64,000 nucleotides of DNA from an uncultured Candidatus Saccharibacteria bacterium (GCA_964603545.1 CAZRVD010000002.1:46854-110853), one strand, 5' to 3'; numbered from the stretch's first letter, positions 25,603 through 33,878 are shown. The notes: generated by a model not told the origin, from the letters alone. Made by a program: numbers and translations.

Positions 25603-27189
25603 ATGAAAAAATATCTAAAAATTACTGCCCTTTCTATATTTGTAATGACGGGCTTAGTCCTTGGTCTATCAAGCAAAAATGTTACGGAAGCAGCAACCAC
25701 AGCTACATTAAGTTTGTCCCCCACATCTTCTAGTATTATTTTAAATCAAAACTTTACAGTTAATATTCTACTGGACACTGTTGGTAATGCCACTGACGGT
25801 GTTGATGTTTTTTCACTCCACTTCAATCCAGCAATTCTACAAGTTGTAGACAGTAACGCATCTGTGGCTGGGGTGCAGATTGCTCCTGGATCTCTTATGC
25901 CAGCAACCACAGCAAATGTTGCAGATAACACAGCTGGAACAATACAATTCTCCCAAGCATCATCTGGAGGTAGTAATTTCACTGGAAGTGGAATTTTGGC
26001 CACAATCACTTTTAGAGCCAACGCTGTTGGCTCTAGCGCGGTTACTATGGACTTTACTCCAGGAAACACAGCTGATACTAATGTAGCTTTCCAAGGAACT
26101 GATCTTTTGCTTTCCGTTACTAATGGTACTTATACGGTTGTTAATCCTTTTGATTTCTCCGTAACTACAACAGGTGGTCCCAAATCTGTAACTCAAGGAT
26201 CATCTGTAACTCAAGCTGTTAGCTCAACTCTTATATCTGGTACAGCGGCGTCTGTGACATTTTCAGCGTCAGGACTACCAACTGGAGCTACAGCTTCTTT
26301 TTCACCCGCCTTATGTACTCCTACTTGTACAACAACAATGACTATTACTACTACAGGTTCTACACCAGTAGGAACTTCTAATGTAGTAGTTACGGGAACA
26401 TCAGGAGCAACAGTTCGAAACGCTACAGCTTTCGTTTTGACGGTGAACGCGGTGCCTCTAGATTTCTCCGTAACTACAACAGGTGGTCCCAAATCTGTAA
26501 CTCAAGGATCATCTGTAACTCAAGCTGTTAGCTCAACTCTTATATCTGGTACAGCGGCGTCTGTGACATTTTCAGCGTCAGGACTACCAACTGGAGCTAC
26601 AGCTTCTTTTTCACCCGCCTTATGTACTCCTACTTGTACAACAACAATGACTATTACTACTACAGGTTCTACACCAGTAGGAACTTCTAATGTAGTAGTT
26701 ACGGGAACATCAGGAGCAACAGTTCGAAACGCTACAGCTTTCGTTTTGACGGTGAACTTAGCTAATTATAATCGTACAATCCAAATAGACCCGGAAGGTA
26801 TTTCAAACAAAATACTATCTGGGACACTCGATGTTTTAAACCCCTCAAAAGTTTCGATCAAGACTTATCCATTTACCACAAACTCATCTGGACAAGCTAC
26901 AATTTCATTTGATATTTCTCCTCAAGTTGTGTATTTGAAACTTAACCCCACACCATTCCTTGCAAGACTGATTAGTTTAGATTTAAACACAAATACTACA
27001 TACGTATTTCCAAAACTTCTAACTGGAGATCTTAATAATGACAACTTAATTAACTCTGTAGATTACTCTGTGTTAAATGGAAACTGGTTTACCTCTAACG
27101 CCACGTCAGACCTAAACAAAGATGGTTTGGTTAACTCTATAGACTTCTCATTTATGAATCAACACTGGTTAGTAAATGGTGATGCGTAA
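25603..27189 (+). CDS. Secreted cohesin + 2x Ig-like repeat + C-terminal dockerin protein (adaptor scaffoldin-like)
   Basis: 528 aa. Signal peptide, cohesin-like TDGVDVFSLHFNPAILQV, two identical 103-aa repeats, and dockerin DLNNDNLINSVDYSVLN...DLNKDGLVNSIDFSFMN. Confidence 0.7.
   Translation: MKKYLKITALSIFVMTGLVLGLSSKNVTEAATTATLSLSPTSSSIILNQNFTVNILLDTVGNATDGVDVFSLHFNPAILQVVDSNASVAGVQIAPGSLMPATTANVADNTAGTIQFSQASSGGSNFTGSGILATITFRANAVGSSAVTMDFTPGNTADTNVAFQGTDLLLSVTNGTYTVVNPFDFSVTTTGGPKSVTQGSSVTQAVSSTLISGTAASVTFSASGLPTGATASFSPALCTPTCTTTMTITTTGSTPVGTSNVVVTGTSGATVRNATAFVLTVNAVPLDFSVTTTGGPKSVTQGSSVTQAVSSTLISGTAASVTFSASGLPTGATASFSPALCTPTCTTTMTITTTGSTPVGTSNVVVTGTSGATVRNATAFVLTVNLANYNRTIQIDPEGISNKILSGTLDVLNPSKVSIKTYPFTTNSSGQATISFDISPQVVYLKLNPTPFLARLISLDLNTNTTYVFPKLLTGDLNNDNLINSVDYSVLNGNWFTSNATSDLNKDGLVNSIDFSFMNQHWLVNGDA
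26152..26769 (+). repeat. Perfect tandem duplication (2 x 309 bp) inside the cohesin-dockerin gene
   Basis: 26152-26448 and 26461-26757 are identical by direct comparison (GATTTCTCCGTAACTACAACAGGTGGTCCC...TTGACGGTGAAC). Each encodes one Ig-like module. Confidence 0.85.
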
Positions 27190-27203
27190 TTAAATAAAAA
27201 TAA

Positions 27204-28469
27204 ATGAAAAAATTCTTCATAGTAATAATCTTAGTTATTGGTTTTTCAATTTTTGCCCCACAGGCTTCAGCTGCCACCTTAATTCTATCTCCCTCTTCGG
27301 GAAATGTTACTGCTGGTCAGACTATTACTGTCGATATAATGCTTGATACTAAAAATGCAGATATTGATGGTGTTGATGTTTATTCTCTACACTACAATCC
27401 AGCTATTTTAGAGGTAGTAGACAGTAGTTCATCTGCTTCTGGAATACAAATAACCCCAGGAAGTTTGTTCCCTATCACCTTAACTAACAAAGTTACAAGT
27501 GGTGTGGTTCAATTTTCTCAAGTAACAAGTGGAGGAACCTCCTACAAGGGTGCTGGCAAACTAGCTACTATTACATTTAAAGGATTATCAAACGGAACTT
27601 CTGCGGTCACTTTTGATTTTACACCAGGAAGCACTTCAGATACTAACGTAGCGGGAGGAGGTAAGGATGAATTAACAAGTGTGGGTAGTGGTAGTTATAC
27701 GGTAACCGGCGGAGGTGTTACCCCGCCCCCACCACCACCAGTTGATACTACAGCACCAGTTATATCTGCAATTAGTTCTTCGGGGATTAAATCAAGTAGT
27801 GTAAATATTGTGTGGACAACAGATGAATCTTCTGACACGGTAGTTGAGTATGGTCTCACTACATCATATGGATCTCTGAGTACAAACTCTTCTCTACTAA
27901 CTCTTCACTCAAGGTCATTAGTTAATCTAAAATCAAACACTCTTTACCACTTCCGAGTAAAATCAAAAGATGCTGCAGGAAACCTGGCTGTCTCTACTGA
28001 TAAAACATTCACTACTCTGGCTGGTTCCTCCACTCCTCCTCCACCACCAACTCCTACCCCGACACCTACACCTGGTCCAGGTCCAGCTCCTAGACCAACA
28101 CCTACACCGTCTCCAACATCTAGTGGTACTGGCCCTAGACTCTCTTCAATATACGCCTTAGAGATTTCTGATAGTTCCGCAATAATTTCATGGAAAACAG
28201 ACAGGCCATCTGATTCCAAAGTGGAATACGGCAAAACAGATAGCTATGAATCAAGTACGGAAGTTAATTCATCTTTTGTCACTTCACACTCATTTAATTT
28301 ATCAAACCTTTCATCGGGCACAACATACCACTACCGTGTAAGATCAATTGATGAATCAGGTAATTTAACTTTTTCTGGCGACAGAACTTTTACAACAATT
28401 AATGTTATTGAAAATGACATGAACTTCTTTGAAAGAATTTGGGATTGGTTTATCTCTCTATTTGTTTAG
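27204..28469 (+). CDS. Secreted cohesin + Pro-rich linkers + 2x fibronectin-III-like domains, C-terminal hydrophobic tail
   Basis: 421 aa. Cohesin-like IDGVDVYSLHYNPAILEV. Linkers PPPPPP and PTPTPTPTPGPGPAPRPTPTPSP. Two FN3-like modules (SS..I.W.TDE.SD..VEYG). Tail FERIWDWFISLFV. Confidence 0.7.
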   Translation: MKKFFIVIILVIGFSIFAPQASAATLILSPSSGNVTAGQTITVDIMLDTKNADIDGVDVYSLHYNPAILEVVDSSSSASGIQITPGSLFPITLTNKVTSGVVQFSQVTSGGTSYKGAGKLATITFKGLSNGTSAVTFDFTPGSTSDTNVAGGGKDELTSVGSGSYTVTGGGVTPPPPPPVDTTAPVISAISSSGIKSSSVNIVWTTDESSDTVVEYGLTTSYGSLSTNSSLLTLHSRSLVNLKSNTLYHFRVKSKDAAGNLAVSTDKTFTTLAGSSTPPPPPTPTPTPTPGPGPAPRPTPTPSPTSSGTGPRLSSIYALEISDSSAIISWKTDRPSDSKVEYGKTDSYESSTEVNSSFVTSHSFNLSNLSSGTTYHYRVRSIDESGNLTFSGDRTFTTINVIENDMNFFERIWDWFISLFV

Positions 28470-28470
28470 C

Positions 28471-28773
28471 CTACTGCTTTATACCTTCTGCTGAAATCTG
28501 GATTATCACATCAAAGCTGTCAGAAGTGACAGCTTTGTTCGTTTTAGAAAAGCCACATCTAATACATTTGTGAGTAATTATATATTCACTTCCCTTTTTG
28601 CTAACTCCTACTGGCTCCATCATACCCTCGCATTTCTCTGCCCTATCTCCAGGAAAAATATCCAAGTGTTTTGACCACAGACAATGTGGGCAATGATTTG
28701 TGTATCCATTCCCCTTCACTACTGTCCCACATTTCTCACAAACAAAATTTTCCTTATTTTTTATGAAAGTCAT
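28471..28773 (-). CDS. RNHCP-domain zinc-ribbon protein
   Basis: 100 aa. CEKCG...YTNHCPHCLWSKH...CIRCG matches the RNHCP signature. Confidence 0.7.
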   Translation of the reverse strand: MTFIKNKENFVCEKCGTVVKGNGYTNHCPHCLWSKHLDIFPGDRAEKCEGMMEPVGVSKKGSEYIITHKCIRCGFSKTNKAVTSDSFDVIIQISAEGIKQ

Positions 28774-29364
28774 TTATTTTTTAACAACTTCATCAAAATT
28801 AATTGTCCAATATTCCTCAGTATTTATTCCATAAATTTTCAAAAGCTGATTTGCTGAACAAATTTTTCTATCCTTTTCCTCTAAACTAAGTTCTCTCGCA
28901 ACATCATCTATATCTTTCCAGCTCTCAGCTTCTATTTCTAGATAAGTAGGTACCATGGCAATTGTATCTATATCAAACTCAATACTTCCTTTTTTCCACT
29001 TACTTCTTTTTTTCTGCGCCTCTCCGTGTTTTTCTATAAAACCAATCTTTTTAAGAAAAAGTTTTGTCTCTTCATATGAGTCAACCCTAATTTCTATCTC
29101 TTCCATCCCCTCATCATTTGTACTACCATCTTGTGAAGTTACCCCTAAACGCTTCTTAAAAGCTAGAACGATTTTATCCCCCTCATCGCGCAATCTTATC
29201 CAGCTATTGTCTTTATCCAATCGATAATCCGGATAATCAAAAGCAACATGACGAAGAAATACATCCCCCATTTTCTGTGCGCCAATATCCAAAAGTTTTT
29301 GTTCTAATTTTTCTTTATCTATATTCAAATATTTAACTTCAATTTCTTCTTTTGAATTAGTCAT
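28774..29364 (-). CDS. CYTH-domain protein (triphosphate tunnel metalloenzyme / CyaB-like)
   Basis: 196 aa. N-terminal EIEVKYL (the ExExK motif of CYTH) and a charged beta-barrel pattern. Abuts the RNHCP gene with no gap. Confidence 0.65.
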   Translation of the reverse strand: MTNSKEEIEVKYLNIDKEKLEQKLLDIGAQKMGDVFLRHVAFDYPDYRLDKDNSWIRLRDEGDKIVLAFKKRLGVTSQDGSTNDEGMEEIEIRVDSYEETKLFLKKIGFIEKHGEAQKKRSKWKKGSIEFDIDTIAMVPTYLEIEAESWKDIDDVARELSLEEKDRKICSANQLLKIYGINTEEYWTINFDEVVKK

Positions 29365-29915
29365 TAAAATTCATTAATTAGCTCTGGCAAACTTATAAAA
29401 CCATCATCTTCCGTAATGTGCCCAGCATTATGCAATACTACAATTTTTGAACCAATTTCCAAAAACTTATTTTTATTTTCTTCAAAAAACCCGTATGGAT
29501 CGTTATCAGAAATTATTAAGGTAGATTTAGGAAGAACTCTTTTAACCTTTTCTAAATCTATCGGAGTTTTTATCCAAGGTTTAGCGATTTCTCTTATCTC
29601 TTCGTCCTCAAGATTATTCAGGTTAAACCATCCTGAAACAAAAACTGCCCCACCCACTATACTATTTGTCTTTTCTAAATACCTCAAAATTGCTTGGCAC
29701 CCGATACTGTGTCCAACAAAATATGTTTGAGAGTCAGATAAACCAACCACTTCTATAAGTTTATTTACCCATTTATCAATATTCGGCACCTCTGTGTCAG
29801 GCATTTCCGGTACAATTACTTGATACCCCCTCTTTTCGAGCTCTACTTTTAACCATGGTCGCCAATCATCATTTGAACCGCCAGACCATCTGTGAATAAC
29901 AAATACCCGTTTCAT
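29364..29915 (-). CDS. Alpha/beta hydrolase, RBBP9/YdeN-like serine hydrolase
   Basis: 183 aa. Nucleophile elbow GHSIG and a C-terminal HNAGH motif. Overlaps the CYTH gene start by 1 nt. Confidence 0.7.
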   Translation of the reverse strand: MKRVFVIHRWSGGSNDDWRPWLKVELEKRGYQVIVPEMPDTEVPNIDKWVNKLIEVVGLSDSQTYFVGHSIGCQAILRYLEKTNSIVGGAVFVSGWFNLNNLEDEEIREIAKPWIKTPIDLEKVKRVLPKSTLIISDNDPYGFFEENKNKFLEIGSKIVVLHNAGHITEDDGFISLPELINEF

Positions 29916-29918
29916 TTG

Positions 29919-29991
29919 TCGGGGTGCCGGGATTCGAACCCGGAGTCGCTTGTTCCCAAAACAAGAATGTTAGCCGTTACACTACACCCCG
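29919..29991 (-). tRNA. tRNA-Pro (anticodon UGG)
   Basis: Minus strand reads CGGGGTG-TA-GTGT-AACGGCTA-ACAT-T-CTTGT-TTTGGGA-ACAAG-CGACT-CCGGG-TTCGAAT-CCCGG-CACCCCG-A. Confidence 0.9.
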
Positions 29992-30049
29992 AAAATACAT
30001 AAATACAAAATGAAGTCTAACACAAAAATACTAATTCACAAATAAATGG

Positions 30050-30610
30050 CTATAGGACAAGGTCTTCAAGTAAAAAGACCTGCGATGATTGTGTGTTTGG
30101 ATCAAGATGAACAGTTACAACATCAAACTGCCAATCAACATTATCTGGGACATTTCTGTCTAGTAAATATGACTGCACTGCCCTACTTAGCCTCTGTAGT
30201 TTCCAAGGATGCATATTATCCTCTGGACGGTAATCGTCCTGGTGGCGCATTTCTTTGTTGGAATAAGAAATGTTCTCGTCATCGTAATTTTTTACGTCTC
30301 CTCGCCTATTCCTTATTCCGCCTCGAACTGCATCCATCAGGCCGTTTACCCAGCCCTTATTGGTTTCACGAGTAACATTACTTAAGTCTCTTGAAACACT
30401 TTTAACCTCTACAAAGTGAAGCTTATTCCCTTTCTTCACAACAATATCTATCTCTCCCCATTTCTTTAGGTAATTACGTTCAATTACTTTATAGCCAAGT
30501 CCTGTTAAGTACTTACAAGCATCATCCTCCCCTATCTGGCCAATTTTCTGTTTATCCGTAGGCTCTTTTGAGAAATTCTTGTTATACATATCTAAAATAT
30601 ACTCCGACAT
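30050..30610 (-). CDS. YraN-family (UPF0102) predicted endonuclease with ~65-aa internal insertion
   Basis: IGQIGEDDACKYLTGLGYKVIERNYLKKWGEIDIVVKKGNKLHFVEVK is the YraN core. At 186 aa it is longer than typical, with a GC-richer insert in the middle. Confidence 0.7.
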   Translation of the reverse strand: MSEYILDMYNKNFSKEPTDKQKIGQIGEDDACKYLTGLGYKVIERNYLKKWGEIDIVVKKGNKLHFVEVKSVSRDLSNVTRETNKGWVNGLMDAVRGGIRNRRGDVKNYDDENISYSNKEMRHQDDYRPEDNMHPWKLQRLSRAVQSYLLDRNVPDNVDWQFDVVTVHLDPNTQSSQVFLLEDLVL

Positions 30611-30628
30611 TTTAAAAAGTAAATCACA

Positions 30629-30710
30629 GTTACATCTGTAATGGCAATTTGTCTTGGAAATGTTACATATGTAACACGCTGTCTTATTGTAGGTAGTTAC
30701 ACATGTAACT
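30629..30710. promoter_or_regulatory. Three GTTACA-N2-TGTAAC palindromic operator-like sites at ~33-bp spacing upstream of the yraN-like gene
   Basis: AGTTACATCTGTAAT (30629-43), TGTTACATATGTAACA (30661-76, a perfect 16-bp palindrome) and AGTTACACATGTAACT (30695-710). Confidence 0.55.
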
Positions 30711-30971
30711 ATCTATATCATTTCACGTGAAACATATTATATAAATGATCAAAAACAGACACCTAATGGCCATGTCTGATTAAAAATAACCATACTTTAA
30801 GCCATATATTACCAATGGACATAATAAAGTCCCTAAACTTGACCAAAGTCAAAGACTTGTCTTTAATACACATGTCCCCAGACTTATCCACATTTTAACC
30901 ATAATTATGTCTGATAAATTTTACCCTTTTATTTTTTATGGCTTTGTTATATGATGATATTTGTTAAGTTA

Positions 30972-31042
30972 GCGGGTATGGTTTAATGGTAGAACACGTC
31001 CTTGCCAAGGACGAGATCCGGGTTCGATTCCCGGTACCCGCA
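30972..31042 (+). tRNA. tRNA-Gly (anticodon GCC)
   Basis: GCGGGTA-TG-GTTT-AATGGTA-GAAC-A-CGTCC-TTGCCAA-GGACG-AGAT-CCGGG-TTCGATT-CCCGG-TACCCGC-A. Confidence 0.9.
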
Positions 31043-31070
31043 CAAATTTTAACGCAGTGAAATCACTTTG

Positions 31071-31142
31071 TGCTCCCGGCAGGAATCGAACCCACATCCA
31101 CGGTTCCGAAGACCGGTACTCTATCCGTTGAGCTACGGGAGC
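31071..31142 (-). tRNA. tRNA-Arg (anticodon UCG; one C-U mismatch at 27-43)
   Basis: Minus strand reads GCTCCCG-TA-GCTC-AACGGATA-GAGT-A-CCGGT-CTTCGGA-ACCGT-GGAT-GTGGG-TTCGATT-CCTGC-CGGGAGC-A. Its overall similarity is to enterobacterial tRNA-Arg. Confidence 0.7.
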
Positions 31143-31217
31143 AAACTAACAAACTCATAATACAGATAAAAATTGGTTGTGTCCATGTTAAACATTGAAT
31201 GATATAATAAAACCAAC

Positions 31218-32681
31218 ATGAATTTATCTATTCCAAGTGAGGTTTCATATGTAACAAACAAACTCGAAGAGGGAGGCTTTGAGGCTTTTTTGGTTGGTGG
31301 GTGTGTAAGGGATCTAGTACTAAACAAGACTCCAAAAGACTGGGATGTCACGACAAATGCCACCCCAGACCAGATTATAGCCTTATTTACCAAGACATTT
31401 TATGAAAATGAGTTTGGAACAGTAGGAGTAGTAAACGAGGAGACAGAAGATGAAAGTTTAAAGGTAATAGAGGTAACCCCATATAGACTAGAGGGGAACT
31501 ACTCTGACAACAGGCACCCAGATAGCGTTACTTTTAGCCAAAAAATAGAGGACGATTTGAAAAGAAGAGACTTCACAATGAACTCACTGGCATATTCTGT
31601 ATCTAAAAAAGAAATAATTGACCTTTACGGTGGAGAAAAAGATATAAAGGACAAAATTATTAGAACAGTCGGGGAACCAGCAGATCGTTTCAAGGAAGAC
31701 GGACTTAGAATACTAAGAGCTGTGCGTCTTAGCACAGAATTAGAGTTTGAAATAGAGCGTAAAACTGAAAAAGCTATACTTGAAAACCAAAACCTGCTCC
31801 AAAACATATCAAAGGAGAGAATAAGAGATGAGTTTACAAAGATAATTATGTCAAATAAACCGATGGATGGACTTTTGGCTATGAAAAAGCTTGGACTTTT
31901 AGTCTCTGTAGTACCTGAATTAGAGGAAACTATTGGAATAGAGCAAGGGGGAATACACACCTTTGATGTATGGGAACACTTGCTTCGCTCACTACAGCAT
32001 TCCTCAGACAAAAAATACCCTTTAGAAATAAGGCTTTCTGCGCTTTTTCATGATATTTCCAAACCAGAGTCTCGAAGAGGAGGAAAGAATAAACAATGGA
32101 CTTTTTACGGTCATGAAGTGCTTGGAGCAAGAAAAACTAAAAGAATTCTTACAAACTTAAAATACTCAACGAAAATTATTGAAAAAGTTGTTTCAATGAT
32201 CAGATGGCATATGTTTTTTTCTGACACAGAGCAAATTAGCCTCTCAGCGGTCCGTAGAATGATCGTAAATGTTGGACGAGAGAATATATGGGATCTCATG
32301 AATCTACGCATATGCGACCGTATAGGAACTGGTAGACCTAAAGAAGACCCTTACCGTCTCCGAAAATATCACGCAATGATAGAAGAAGCACTTCGAGACC
32401 CTATTTCTGTTGGAATGCTTAAGATTGATGGTAAAAAAATAATGGAAATTACAAAAATAACTCCTGGACCTAAGGTTGGTTTCACGTTACACGCACTTTT
32501 AGAAGAAGTTTTGGATGATCCTACAAAAAATACGGAAGAATACCTTGAAAACAGAGCAAAAGAGCTTATTTTGCTTCCTGAAAATGAATTAAAAGCCTTA
32601 GGGGAAGAAGGAAAAATGTCAAAAGAGGAAGCAGATGAGATGGAAATAAAGAAAATCCGCTCTACTCACCGCGTCAAATAA
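31218..32681 (+). CDS. cca: CCA-adding tRNA nucleotidyltransferase with HD domain
   Basis: 487 aa. Pol-beta-type NTase motif GGCVRD...DWD, a tRNA-NT head, and a C-terminal HD region (HD...H). Confidence 0.85.
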   Translation: MNLSIPSEVSYVTNKLEEGGFEAFLVGGCVRDLVLNKTPKDWDVTTNATPDQIIALFTKTFYENEFGTVGVVNEETEDESLKVIEVTPYRLEGNYSDNRHPDSVTFSQKIEDDLKRRDFTMNSLAYSVSKKEIIDLYGGEKDIKDKIIRTVGEPADRFKEDGLRILRAVRLSTELEFEIERKTEKAILENQNLLQNISKERIRDEFTKIIMSNKPMDGLLAMKKLGLLVSVVPELEETIGIEQGGIHTFDVWEHLLRSLQHSSDKKYPLEIRLSALFHDISKPESRRGGKNKQWTFYGHEVLGARKTKRILTNLKYSTKIIEKVVSMIRWHMFFSDTEQISLSAVRRMIVNVGRENIWDLMNLRICDRIGTGRPKEDPYRLRKYHAMIEEALRDPISVGMLKIDGKKIMEITKITPGPKVGFTLHALLEEVLDDPTKNTEEYLENRAKELILLPENELKALGEEGKMSKEEADEMEIKKIRSTHRVK

Positions 32682-32704
32682 AAATTCCAAATTTTAATAT
32701 AAAA

Positions 32705-32763
32705 AACCGCCCAATGATCAAGGTCCATGGGGGAGTGTCATGGGCACTAATCATTGAGCGGTT
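32705..32763 (+). terminator. Long interrupted hairpin after cca (possible terminator or structured RNA)
   Basis: AACCGC-CCAATGATC-AAG-GTCCATG-[GGGGAGTGT]-CATGGGC-AC-TAATCATTG-A-GCGGTT, then TTGG. Further hairpins GGGAGTCGGCCGACTCCC (32888-32905) and GTCCTTTA-TAAGATACTG-TAAAGGAC (32993-33018). Confidence 0.4.
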
Positions 32764-33061
32764 TGGAGAGAAGACCCACACAGCATCCGTGAAGCTAGAT
32801 GTTGTAACTGAACTCCAAAAATATAAGTAGATAGCGAGGGTTCGTTTACACCTATTTCTTGATAAGAAACCAAGTGGTCTTCTGAGGGGAGTCGGCCGAC
32901 TCCCAAAATGGGTCGCACGACGAAGAACAAATTGCAAATGTCGTGTTCAGGGTTTATTGGACACTCTAATTGCGGTTCCTTAATTAGTGTATGTCCTTTA
33001 TAAGATACTGTAAAGGACATAAGCCAGAAAATTGTGGATAACTTAGATTAAGTTTCGATTT

Positions 33062-33856
33062 CTAGAGGGTAATATCAATAGAAATAGGGCAGTGGTCGGA
33101 GCCAAGGACATCGGGATGAATGCGTGCTTGTTTTACTTTTTCTTTTAGTTTTTTACTTACAAAAATGTAATCGATTCTCCAACCAATATTTCTTTCTCTG
33201 GCATTTGCAAAATGACTCCACCAAGTGTAAAAACCGTTTCCTTTTGAAAAAAGTCTGAATGTATCGATGAAACCTACGTCAATAAAATTTTGTATACCCT
33301 CACGTTCTTCCGAAGTAAAACCTTTTTTACCAACATTTTCTTTTGGTCTAGCTAGATCGTCTTCCGTGTGTGCAACATTTAAATCTCCACAGAAAATAAC
33401 TGGTTTTTTCTTCTCAAGTTTTTGAGCATACTCAAGAAATGCCTTATCCCAACCCTTGTGTCGTAGGGGAATACGAGAAAGGTCATCTTTCGCATTAGGA
33501 GTATAAACAGTTATCAGATAGAAAACTGAAAACTCAGCAACAATTACTCTTCCTTCTGTATTTGGATCACCATATTTATCTTCAAGTTTGTATTTTTTTA
33601 AAATATCTTCTGGAAAATCTAGTTGAACTGATATGGGTTTTTCTTTGGTAAAAATAGCAGTACCGCTATAACCCTTCTTCTTTGCCGAGTTCCAATACTC
33701 TTCATAGTCTGGTAAATCTACCTCGCTTTGGTGCTGTTCTGCCTTTGTTTCCTGTAAACACAAAATATCCGGCTTGTATTTTTCTATAAAAGGCACAAGC
33801 AGTCCCTTTTTATGCACTGCTCGTATACCGTTTACATTCCAAGAGATTATTTTCAT
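33062..33856 (-). CDS. xth: Exodeoxyribonuclease III
   Basis: 264 aa. ISWNVNGIRA...LCLQETK...SDHCPI are ExoIII/APE signatures. Confidence 0.9.
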   Translation of the reverse strand: MKIISWNVNGIRAVHKKGLLVPFIEKYKPDILCLQETKAEQHQSEVDLPDYEEYWNSAKKKGYSGTAIFTKEKPISVQLDFPEDILKKYKLEDKYGDPNTEGRVIVAEFSVFYLITVYTPNAKDDLSRIPLRHKGWDKAFLEYAQKLEKKKPVIFCGDLNVAHTEDDLARPKENVGKKGFTSEEREGIQNFIDVGFIDTFRLFSKGNGFYTWWSHFANARERNIGWRIDYIFVSKKLKEKVKQARIHPDVLGSDHCPISIDITL

Positions 33857-33878
33857 ACTGAATTATATTAACATTCCA

